20,000 nucleotides of DNA from Rhizaria sp. SCN 62-66. Its lineage: Eukaryota. Under the pieces are notes generated by a model, which saw only the letters and a list, made by a program, of their open reading frames with translations, was not told where the DNA came from and searched no databases. The position numbers and the translations under genes were made by a program. This document shows positions 8,751 through 19,901 of this stretch, piece after piece. The stretch is from NCBI GenBank assembly GCA_001724265.1, contig MEDY01000100.1, forward strand, positions 58,013 through 78,012, written 5' to 3'. Every line of letters starts with the position of its first letter. Position 1 is the stretch's first letter.

Positions 8751-9752
8751 GTCCTGAGTCCTCTTGTTCGGAACTCGAAGCCTGGGCTGAGCCAGCCTTA
8801 TCGGTTCCAAGTCACTTAGGGTGCGTGCGTTGAGGGGAGATAGTGGAGATAGTGATTCGTTGTTGTTTTTTTAAGTCGCAGTATCGCAAAAGCACTTCCA
8901 TTTGCTCTCTGTGGCTGTGAACAGACGCCTGTCATCGCCTTCATTTCATGTGAGGACGGGGGCTCTGTCTCCTCTGTTTTGTTGGTTTTTTGTTCCTGTT
9001 GTATTTGTTGTGACTGACAACACCGCGCGTGTGCTCTTTATGTGCCAATTCTATTCACGGTATGTATGTCGTACGCGCAATGGACTCGCAGTCACCTTTC
9101 TCACACTTTGTCACATCCTGTCTCCGCTACCTCTCCTAACACCCGCGCCCTTGCCAGTGTTGTGATACGCTACGTGCCACATGGATGGGCTGCGCTTTAG
9201 AGTGTGTTTTACTCTATTTGCTTAAACTATTATTCCGTTGTGGCTTCCTGTCATGCATTGCCCTTCTGCCATCGCTACATTGCGTTTGTTAAATACACTT
9301 TTTTCCATTGAATACAACATCTCGTAATGCCAGAACACGCGTTGATATAAAGATTTATATTGCTTATATGACATATCAAAACTCTATATGCGCCAACCAA
9401 CAATGAGCTTGGCATATCTTTGCATTCTTGCAATATCACAACAATGCAGACTAGCAGCTGCAACGGGTCGCAGGCAGACAGACCAGTACAGCCGTTTTTG
9501 GCAGCCTCATCTTTGGGCTAGTCAAATGTGTATCAAACATCCGTTATTACGAATGAGCCGGACATATAAGAACTAAACATATCCTAATTTTATACTTGTC
9601 AAATTATTTTCCCCCATAAGCTTTCCACACCCTCCTGCGGCCCACGCCGCTTAATCGATTCCCCTTCCTTTTCGTGCGCCCCAACCGACACCTTCCCCGG
9701 CGCCTGCGCTCACGCCCCCGACATCTGGTGCGCATTCAGGGCCGACTCCTAC

Positions 9753-12700
9753 ATGCTGTCAGCGAGATCCTCTACCCGAGGTTTCAATTCGATGCCGGAC
9801 TCGCCAAGCCCCGGCCCCAGCAGCACTTCTGCCACTGGTGTCATCTCAGTCACAGCTAACTCTACAGCGTATAACCCTGTCGCAGGGCCTGCTGGTGGTG
9901 GGATGAACACAAGAGATACATCGCTCCCGCCTCGCAGTCCTACGGCAGCTCTTGGCTCTGGTTACTCTTACGGCCCGCACTCGAGCACCTCTGCTGCTGC
10001 CGCCACAGCAAGCGCCTCTCACCCCGCCTCCGCCGCCACCGCCGCCGCGGCGACTGTGACTGTGCTGGCGCCCCAGTTCCCGTCGCAGGGCCAGCATATG
10101 AACGCTTACACCGCGCGCCGTAAGCCCTCCTTCTCGGTCGCATCATCGGTGCTGCCGCCACCCCAGAGCCAGATCGGGCCCGTGCCCCGCGTCTCCTCCG
10201 CCTCCCTCGCCTCGCCTGCCTCCCCGACCTCTGCTTCCTCCTCTTCTGCGGCGGCGGCGGCGTTCCCCACGGCGTCTTCCAGCGTTGCCGCCGCCGCAGC
10301 AGCGGGCTCCAACGGTGCAGGCTACGGCGGCGGCGCCGTGTATAGCGGCGGCCCTGTTTATGGCGGCGGCAGTGGCGGTGGCAGCGCGGTTGTCGGCGCA
10401 GGGCCCGGCATGACGGTGCATGCGCCCACGGTCATTTCACCCCGCGCAGCGGCCGCGGCGGCGTTGGTGATGGCTGCAGCGGCCGCGATGCCGCCCTCGT
10501 ACCACGGCAGCGCGCACGGCGGCCCAATCCAACTCGGCGGTCAGATCCAGCTCGGCGGCGCGGGCCAGTACGGCCACGGCCACGCCGCGCTGCCCGTGGC
10601 GGTGGGCGCGAATGCGCACTCGTACTCGCAGTCCCAGTTCCAGCCCCACTCGCACGCGCACGCCCATTTGCCGCAGTCGCACGCACAGCCGCAGGGGCAG
10701 CAACTGGGACTGGCCCAGTCGCCGTCGCCGGCACCGTTGCGCACCCGCGGGGCGCCGCAGCGCACCAACACGACCCGCAGCACGGCCAGCAACACCAACA
10801 ACAGCAACAACAGCAATGCGAACATCAGCAACGCTCCCGCGGGCTCCGGCGCGAGCGCGACGCCGATCTCGCTGCAGACCGCGCTCCCGCTGCCCTCCTC
10901 CCTCGCCAGCAGCGGCTCCGTCCCCGCCGGCCTGGGCTCCGCGTCCGTCGCCTCGTCGCCGTCTCCTGGCGTGGCCGCCGGCGCTGCCCTAGGCGCTGGC
11001 CCCGGCACCGCGGGCGCGGGTGCGGGCGCGGGCTCGCTCGCGGATCCCACCAGCCCGGTATTCACGGCCTTCTCGACCGCGGGCGCTCGGCCCCTCGGCC
11101 CCCGCGCCAACAACAACAACAGCAGCCACAGCTACAGCGCCAGCGCCAACGCGGCTTTGACTGGTGGGGAGCTGCAGGCGGCCCGCGCGGCGACGGCGAA
11201 CGCGCGCGCGCTCGCGGCGACGCTCGGCGTCGACCTGGCTGCGCTGGCGCGCGCGGGGCTGATCGGGCCGGCGGGCATCATGCTGCCTAACGCGACCAGC
11301 ATCGGCACCGCTAGCACGAACGTGAACACTACTGGCGGAACGCAGAACATGAGTCAAGTGCAAGGCGGGTTTGGGGCTGGGTTTTCTAACGCTCCGCAAC
11401 AACAGCAGCAGTCTCCGCAGCAACACTCGTCCCCGCGGCCGTCGCCGGCGCCGTCGTCGAGCCGTAGCACGTCCACGGCCGGCACCACCGGCGCCGCCAG
11501 CAACTGGGGCTACCCCAACAACAGCAACACGGGCGGCAGCGCTGCTGGCGGCTCCGCAGGCGCTGGCACGAACACGTACTCGCTGCTCCAGCACCAACAG
11601 CTGCTGCAGATGCAGCAACTGCACCAGCAGTCGCAGCAAGCGCAAGCGCAAACGCAGGCACAGGCACAGGCGCAGGCGCAGGCGCAGGGCCTCGGCGGCG
11701 CTGGCCTCCGGCACCAGTCCCCGGCGTTGCTACGCGCAATGACGCAGAGCGCGCTCGCACACGGCCAGCCCTCCTCCGCATTCGGCCAGTCTACGTCCGC
11801 CGCGGCCGCGCCCGCGACCGGGCACCGCAACAGCTTCAACGCCACCACCTCGGGCTACGACATGGGCGGCGGCGCCAGCAGCAACAGCGTCGCCGCCGCG
11901 GCGGCCGCGGCGGCGCTAGCATTCTCTGCGAACAGTCAGACTTCTCACGGCCACGGACACGGACACGGTCACTCGCACAGCCACGGCGGACACGGGCACG
12001 GCTTGTACGACCAGCAGCAGCAGCAGAACCTGTTGTACAACTACCAGCAGCAACTGCTGCAGCAACAGCAGTCGCAGCATCCGTCGCAGCACGGCTCCGC
12101 CGTGTCCCTGCTGCCCGCGCCGTCGTTCCCGCTCTACAACGGCAGCGGCGCCGGCGGCAACGCGGACCCGGCCTCCGCGGCGGCCGCCGCCGCTGCATGG
12201 GAGGCCTGGGGCGTGTGGGCTCAGGCCAGCGGGCTGACTTCCATGCCCGACAGCGGCGTTTTGTTCCCCCTGGGCAGCACGCCGCATTCGTACCAGCTGC
12301 AGCAGCTGCAAGCGCAGCTCGCGCAGCAACAGCAGCAGCAACAGCAGCAGTCGCAGTTTGGCGTGTTCCCTCTCGGCGTGCCCGCCACGACGACTGGGAC
12401 AGGCAGCCGCGCAACGCCGCCCCTACTGAGCGCAAGCAACGCGGCCGGCAGCACCAGCAATACGCCTGGTGTCAGCCTCAACGCCAACGCTCTCCCTGGC
12501 GCCAGCGCCAGTGCAGGCGGTTCCCCTACGTCCCCGCTGCTGATTCCGCGCTTTGGCACGGGCGGTCTAACTTCCGCCGCGCAGGGCGGCCTGACTTCCC
12601 CAGGCCGCGAGGACCCCGCGGGCGCGGGCTTCGGCCTCGTTGGCTACCGCGCGACGCCCCCCCTGCTGACGTCAAGTGCGATGGCATTCACGCCCTTCCC

Positions 12701-15700
12701 CGACAACAGCAACGACATCAACAGCATCGGGGATGCCGTGCCCGCGAATATCGTGCCTAGTGGCGGCAACAACAAGGGCCGCCCGCTGAGCGCGCTGCCC
12801 ACAGGCACGGCGGCGCGCCTCGCCCCCACGGCGCCCACCGTGGCCGCCACCGCGGTGCCGTACAAGTCGTCGTACTCGCTCTATCCCTTCGTCGCTGCCG
12901 GCGCCTCTGCCCCCGCAGCCGCTGCGAGCAACAACGCGAACGGCAACAGCGCGGCGGCGAGCAGCGGCAACGCCGGCAGCGCGAGCGCGGACGCGGCGAC
13001 GCAGCCCAGCGCGAGTGCGGCTCCGGCTGCGGCCGCGGGTGCCGCCGGGGTGGGCGGGCCGGCGACTCTCGTGCCCGGCGCGGGCGCAGGCGCGGGCGCG
13101 GGGCTCGAGGCCGGCAAGGGCGCCCCGCTGCTGCTAACGCCGGCGCAGGCGACGCAGATCCAGATGCAGCTGCAGGTGCTGTCCGCGCTGCAAGCAAGCG
13201 TGGCTCCCGCCAACAGCAACGCGAGCGCGAATATGACGGGGAGCACCTCTGCGGCGACGCTGGTGCCTCTAACAGGCAGCACCGCAGCCAATCTGCTTGC
13301 GACCCCCGGAGCGAGCGCGAGCGCGACTGTGGGCGGCAGCGGCGGCGGCAGCGCTCGGCGCGCCGCGGCCCGCACCCCGGCTCCAGCCGCGAATACCAGC
13401 GCGAACGCGAGCAGCGCTGCTGGCGTCATGCACCCGTTGCTGCACGCGCTGCTGCAGGCCCAGCGCGCCGCGCCGCCCACGCCGCCGCTGCCCCCGACCG
13501 CCTCGCCGCCGCACGCGGGCAGCGCGAATGCGGCTGCGGGTGGCGGCGCCGGCAGCACTGGCGGCGCTGCTGGTGCGATGGGGGGCAACCGCAACTCGCT
13601 GCCTCTGTTCCCTGCCACGAATCTCTTTGGCGCTTCCAACACCGCCAATGCGACTGGTGGTACCGGCTCGCTCCCTGGCTCGCCCGTCATTGCGCCGTCG
13701 AGCGCAGGCGTCCTCCGCCCGCACACCGCCGACAGCAGCAGCCTGTTCGCGCTGCCGACCGCGCTGGCGCACCCAGTCCCGGGCTATAGAGTCGCCACCG
13801 GCCTCACCGGCGCCGGCAACGCGGCGGGCGAGCTCGACAGCGCGCGCGGCCGGCCGCGCCTTAAGGGCCAGGGCCGCGGCTCGCTTGGGCTGTCCCCGTC
13901 CATCGCGGCGGCCACTGGCGCAGCTGCAGCGGCTGCTATGGCCAAGAACCCTATCGCGCTGGGCGCGCTCCCGCACAGCGTGGCTGCATCGTCGCCAGCG
14001 GCCGCGGCCGCCGCTGCCATGGCCGCAAACGCGGCTGCTGCGAGCGGCCCGGGCGCCAGTCCTAACTCAAGCCCGCAGCAGCAGCTGCGCTCGCTCAACG
14101 CGACCCAGGCACTCGGCAGCGCTGTCGGATCGCGCGCGCCGGGGCCGCCGGGGCTCGGGCGCGTGCTGTCGTCGTCCTCGGCCGCAGCTGCAGCTGCAGC
14201 CGCAACCGCGGGCACCGGCTCCGGCGCGGGCTTCCGCTCCCGCTCGGTCTCTGGCTCCGTCGACGGCTCCCCAGCCCCTCGCGCCAGCCCCGGAGCCCAC
14301 GCAGGTCCGCACCACAGCAACGCCAGTCCGGGCAGGTTGTCTGCCGCCGTCAAGGGTCTGAACCGGACTGGGACTGGGACTGGAGCTGGGGCGACGGCGG
14401 GACATAGTCACGCTGGCGCTGGCGCCGGTGCTGGTGTCGGTGCGGGGCGGTCACCGCCTGGCAGCAGGCAAGGACAGCGGCTGGGGCAGAGCTCGGGGCT
14501 TCAGTCAACTTTCTCGTCTCCGCAGCGCCCGCAGCAGCAGCAGCAGCAGCAGAACATGTACAAGACGCCGCCGCCGGGGCACTCCCAGGCACGCGCACAG
14601 TCACGGACCCCGCAGCAACAACATCAACAGCATCAGCAACACCCTCAGCAAGGACATGGACAGGGACATGCGCAGCACACGCGCTCGCAGTCGCAGTCTC
14701 AGCTGGGGCGTATGGAAGCTAAGCCGCGCCAGATCGAGGTGAAGCCGCCCGCGCCCGCGCGGCCCGCAGCGACAGCGCCTCGCAGCAGTGATAGTTTGAC
14801 CCGGAGTGGCACTGTCGCTGGCTCTAACGCTAATGCAGCACAGGCGCAGTCGAGCTCGAGCTTTGTCGGTCACAAGCAGCCCCAGCAGCAGCCCCAAAAG
14901 CCAGAGTTAGCTCCGTTGGTTGTGGGCGCTGGCGACAGCAAGGACGGCAAACTGAAGCCGCATCCCGTCAGCACAAAGGCGAAGCAAGCCGCATCGAGCC
15001 CTCGGAGCGCGCAAAGTCCTCGCCACAACGCTGCGCCGGCCTCCCACTCGCAGTCGCTGTCCCAGACTCAGGCGAACTCGGGGTCGAACAGCGCGAGCGC
15101 GAGTGCGAGCGGGAGTGTTGCGACAAGTCCCAGCAACGCAAGCGTGCGCTCGCAGCCTCTGTCCCCAGGCTCCCGCCCGAATGCCAGCGCGAACGTGAGC
15201 AAAGCCAAGGTACAGGCTAAGGGCAAGGGCAAGGTTGTTGCCAACAAGCCGAAGAGCACGACCCCCAGCGCAATCAACGCTGGCGACAAGGCCAAAGCTG
15301 ATGGTGACGAGAACAAGACTGCGCAAAGCCCCACGAGCGCAAGTGCTAATGAGCAGCCGCCCCTGGACAAGGCTACCGGTGGCGACGGCAAGGATGAGGA
15401 TGAAGACGAAGAGGATGACGAGGAGGCGATGTTCGCGTCCGCGCTCGCCGCGACGCCGATGCACACGCTGCCCATCGACCCCACGCAGAACCCCTTCGCC
15501 CTCGCTCTATACGACAACAACGCGCTTACAAGCAACCGGGGCGACGGAAGCAACGGCACCGACGCTGACGGCGCGCTTGCGGCGCTTGCAGTGCTTCCGC
15601 TGCCCAACGACCAAGGCGCCGACGCGGAGCTCGCGCCCGGCGCAGCGGCCGCCGCGGTCACAGCGGCTGCGGCGGCGCTCGCTCCGCAGGCGGCGTTCGA

Positions 15701-15717
15701 GCAGCTGCTGCAAACAG
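9753..15717 (+). CDS. Giant low-complexity hypothetical protein (3147 aa spliced), exon 1
   Basis: ATG at 9753; about 6 kb open frame with coding codon bias; ends at CAG|GTACGC where composition abruptly becomes AT-rich. Alternative in-frame ATG at 9792. Confidence 0.82.
14532..14552 (+). repeat. (CAG)7 polyglutamine tract
   Basis: Direct reading; other imperfect poly-Q tracts at about 11400, 11600-11690, 12010-12070 and 12295-12350. Confidence 0.9.
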
Positions 15718-15850
15718 GTACGCAAATAACATTAAACATAATCTTACTTGAAAATAACTATTCAAATGTATTTTTTCTCGGCTGTCTTCTTTCATTATGT
15801 CAACTCAATACTCAATCTTGCCTCTCTTTGTTTTGACGTGTTTGTCTTAG
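15718..15850 (+). other. Spliceosomal intron (133 nt, phase 1)
   Basis: GTACGC...TTTGTCTTAG; AT-rich; joins the two long ORFs in frame (...LLQT-A-ADNQRL...). Confidence 0.9.
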
Positions 15851-18086
15851 CCGCGGACAACCAGCGTCTGGCCGCGCGCGTGTTGTCTGGCGCTGCTGGC
15901 GTCCGCTCCGCGCTATCCACAGCTCTGGCCGAGGCTGCAGCTGCAGCCCGTGCACAGGCGCAAGCGCAGGCCGACAAAGAGGCCGCTGAGGCGGCTGCTC
16001 TCGCTGCGGCGGAGGCTCAAGCCGCGTCCGCCGCAGCTAAGGCAAAGACTGATGCCGAGGCGGAAGCTGCAACGGCGCGCATGGCCGCTGCGGCGGCTGT
16101 AGTCGCCGCTGGTAGCGGTGTCATAACTGCAGGGCCTGGAATGATTTCCATCGGCAGCCTGGCTAGCAAGAGCGGCGTCAACGGCAGCGTGTTGCCGGCG
16201 GTCACTGTTGCAGTGACTGAGAGACACGCACACGGCGAGTCCCCCGCTCACAGTCACTCCCCGCGGCGCGCTCGCTCCCCCGCGCACAGCCACGTCTCGA
16301 CCCCGTCACACAGCTCCAGCCTGAGACGGTCGCCGACCCGGTCCCCGGCCCGCGCGCGCTCCGGCCTGTCGCCTCTGAACACCGGCAGTGCGGCGGCTAG
16401 AGCCACTGCGAGCTGCAACGTGAGCCCGCGGACGAGAGCCAGGGCCGAGACCAACACGGGCCTCGCCGTTAATACCGCGCTTGCTGAGGCGGAGGCTGCG
16501 ACGGGAGCTGTAGCCAAGAAGTCCAACTCGGTGGCTCTGTCGCCAACGTCCCTGTCGCCGCAGCTCGCCGCCGCAGCCGCTGCACAGGCCATGCTGGCTG
16601 GACTCGAGCGCAGCGACCGTGAGCGTAGCCAGCACAGTCCTCGCAGCGACATCAGCAGTGCTCACGGCCACAGCTTCTTCCGGCGCGCCGACAGCAACGC
16701 GAGCGTATCTAGCACAGGCGGCGTCGCTTCCGGAGCCGCGGGCGGCACCGCGGCTGCAGGGTCGCGTCGCTCGTCGAAGCGGGACTCGCAATCACGGTCA
16801 TTCACGAACCTGCTCTCTCAGACACAGCTATCCCGCACCCCGTCACAGGCGCAGCCCCAGTCGCATTCGCAGGCGCAGTCGCTGCGCGGGCGCTCACCGT
16901 CGCCGCGCGACTCGCAGTCTCCGCGGCAGTCCCCCCGCGGCTCCCAGACCCCCGCCACGCACCCCAACGTCGTGACCGTGGCTGGCAGCGTCAGTGCCAG
17001 CGCGGGTGTCGCGAGCGGCGGCCCGCGCCTGCGCCACCAGCCGTACAACTCCAACGCCAGCGCGTCAAGCAACATCTCCGGCGCCAACAGCGCCGACTCC
17101 GGCGCGGTCCTCAACGTCGACGGCGACGACCGAGACCGTGAGCCCGAGGCGCAAGCGGAGCAGCGCGACAGAGACCGCCGGCTGACGGCGGGTAGCAGCA
17201 ACGGCAGCAGCCGTCTGAGCCCCACGTCGGCGCACCGGAGCGCGTCAGCCACGAACCCGTGGGCGTTCTCGCTCGCTGCTGAGGACGAGGTCTGGCCCCC
17301 GCGCCCGACGCCGCAGACCGCCATCGCGGCGGCCGCGGCAGCGGCGGCGGCGGCAGCGGCGGCGGCCGCGAAGGCCACGGCGGACGCAGAGGCCGCGGAG
17401 GCTGCTGCGGGCAGAGGCGGTTCTATGGCTGGGCCTGGCTCGCCCCGGGCGGTCGCGGCCGCGGTGGCCGCCGCTGCTGCGGCCGCGCGCGAGCAAGAGC
17501 GACAGGAGCGCGAGTCGCTGGCCACCGCGGCCGCCGCAGTCGCTGAGGCCGAGGCCGCCGCAGCCGCAGCAGCATTAGCCGCCGAGGCCGCAGCCGCAGC
17601 CGCTGCGGCAAACCCTGTCGCCGCCGCGCGCGCCGCCGCTGCAGCCGCTGCGGCCGAGGCCGAGGCCGCGGCTGCGCGCGAGGCCGCGGCCGAGCTCGCC
17701 GCGAGCATCCGCGCCGCCAAGGAGGCCACTGGCGTGGACCTGTCGGACCCGCTGATCACGATCACGCGGCGCGCGCAGCTGCTCACGGTCACCGGGCTGC
17801 TGAGCCGGGATGACCGCCCGCGGCTCGCGGCGGAGGCCGCACGCACGACGGCCGCCGCGGCCGTGGCGGCCGCAGTTGCGCAGGCGCAGGTCGACGCCGC
17901 GGCGGCCGCAGCGAGCGGGGTGGCGCCCGCGTTGATGGTGAGCCCGCGCGAGTGCGTGCAGGGCGACTACGACCGCGATGGCGTGATCGTGGACGGGAAC
18001 GCGTGGTTCTGGCCCGCGTTCGTGCCCAGTCCGGGAGATGGAGCAGCTGCGGCTGTCGATGGGGCCGCTGCGCGCGCGCTCGCAAG
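15851..18086 (+). CDS. Giant low-complexity hypothetical protein, exon 2 (Ala/Glu helical tracts, Ser-Pro-Arg-rich region)
   Basis: Open frame of ORF 15748..18111, bounded by a TAG acceptor and an AAG|GTACGA donor. Confidence 0.85.
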
Positions 18087-18211
18087 GTACGAAGACTTCT
18101 TGAAGTCATGAATCTCTACTCAAATACCCTTTTATTGTCCTTTTGCTTCGTATCAACCACATGTGACTAACTTTTAACCCTGTTTTTTGCTCTTTTTTGT
18201 TTTGTCTTCAG
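18087..18211 (+). other. Spliceosomal intron (125 nt, phase 2)
   Basis: GTACGA..., branch point TGACTAAC at 18164-18171, long T-rich tract, CAG at 18209-18211; splicing gives ...ALA-R-REASLLLHAP in frame. Confidence 0.92.
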
Positions 18212-19454
18212 GCGTGAGGCTTCCTTGTTGCTGCATGCGCCCAAGGAGCTCCCTCTGCGTGGCCGCGCTGCATTGGCGTCTGACCAGTACATTCTCCGCG
18301 GCCGCAGTCAGCAGCTACCGGCGCCGGCGTTCCCACTCATGGTGCATGCCAGCGCCGGTGACTGTGATGACAATAAGAACAAGTCCTCGCACGCCAGTGC
18401 TGCCGTCGGTGCTGTCACCGGGACCGCCCTGCTGCCACCCATCCCGGCATCTGTTCCGAGCCACGCGCACGCCGCGCATGGCCACGCTGGCCCTGATGCG
18501 CCCACATTGGCGTCCGCTACCAGCGGTCCGAATGCGCTTGCACCCACGGCGACCTCAGCCGCCTCCGGTGCCTTCGCCCTCGTCCCGGCCCGCGCGCCGC
18601 CGCTCTCGCAGACTCTGCTGCTGCTGCCGCCGTTGACGCTGCCCGCCGTGGGCGCCGGCTCTGGTGCTGGCACCGCAGGGGCCGGCACGGGGCCCGGTGC
18701 GGCGGCCTGGGGCGGGCGAGCCGCCGAGCCGACCGTGGTCGCAGCCGACGGCGGGGCGGGGTATAAGAGCGCGGCTGCGGCGGCACTTGCGGTCAATGCG
18801 CGGCAGCAGAAGATGCTTGCTCAGCAACAGCAGCAGCTGATGGCCAACGTTGCGAATGCAACTGACGCCCAGAGTCAGCTGGGTGCGAGCTGGGGTGCGC
18901 TCGAATACAAGCCGCCTCAGCATCTGCAACGCTCTCAGTCACTTGCACAGGCACTCTCGCAAACACAGATCCAAGCTCAGCTCCGCAACAGCGCCAGCTC
19001 CGGACACGTTGATGGGAACGGCCACAGTCACAATGGCAATGGTAACGGCAACAACAACAGTAACGGTAACGCTGTTGCGGCGCGAGCCCCACTGTTGCCA
19101 CCGATCCCGCTGCCGCCTGTGGCGACGCTTGCTGCGTTCGATGCGCTTGCTGGTGGCAGGAACGGCGCTGTGGTTGCAAGCAATAATGGCGATGCTGCGG
19201 TGAGCAACAGGGACGAGCTGAGGCGGCAGCGGCAGCAGTGGAAGCGGGCACAACAGCAGCTCGTTGGCACAAGCGTCGTCAACAATGGCAGCGCTGCATC
19301 TGATGGCGCTGGCTACACCAATGGAGCACTCAAGCGAGCAGGCACTGAGCGGAGCATGGGTATGGGAGCTGCCCTGACACAGATCAACAAGATTTGTCAC
19401 GCCAACAGCATTGGCACGGTCAGCAGCATCAACAACGCCAAGAAGTACACTTGA
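18212..19454 (+). CDS. Giant low-complexity hypothetical protein, exon 3 (terminal)
   Basis: In frame with ORF 18225..19454; TGA stop followed by an AT-rich spacer. Exon lengths 5965+2236+1243 = 9444 nt, divisible by 3. Confidence 0.85.
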
Positions 19455-19901
19455 GCGCATGACGCCTCAACTATTTTGACAGGATTTTTAACACAAGTAG
19501 CGTGTTCACATTTCATGGACATGGCGTTACATTATTTAGCACAATGAATACACTTAGTACATCTGATTGATTTTCAAATTTGATTGTATGATATAAAATC
19601 TAAGTAATTTAGACGTTTTACGAAAGTACATATATCCATATATCTTTCGCCTTGACACTGCAGTCGCAACACTTGTCGGGTTTTTGTTCGTTTTTTTGAA
19701 ATGTTCCTATCCTGTTAAACATGTCTGAATGCATGATAAATCACCGTATCTGCGTGATACCACCCATGCTTGCCTTGCAAGGCTCTCACTGCCACCTCCA
19801 AACGCCACCAACACACTATTCTACACTAACCAACATCAACACCAACACCTAAGGTTCTCTGTCATTCCTCAACACACAACTGTGACCATCACATGTGTGA
19901 C

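Noticed and set aside
8902..9576. Short ORFs and small hairpins in the AT-rich spacer between genes 2 and 3
   Set aside because: No coding bias; short AT-rich stems are expected by chance; no terminal repeats, tRNA or snRNA motifs recognised.
15718..15836. Hydrophobic C-terminal tail of the 2027-aa ORF resembling a membrane anchor
   Set aside because: It is translation of the T-rich intron; relevant only if the intron is retained.
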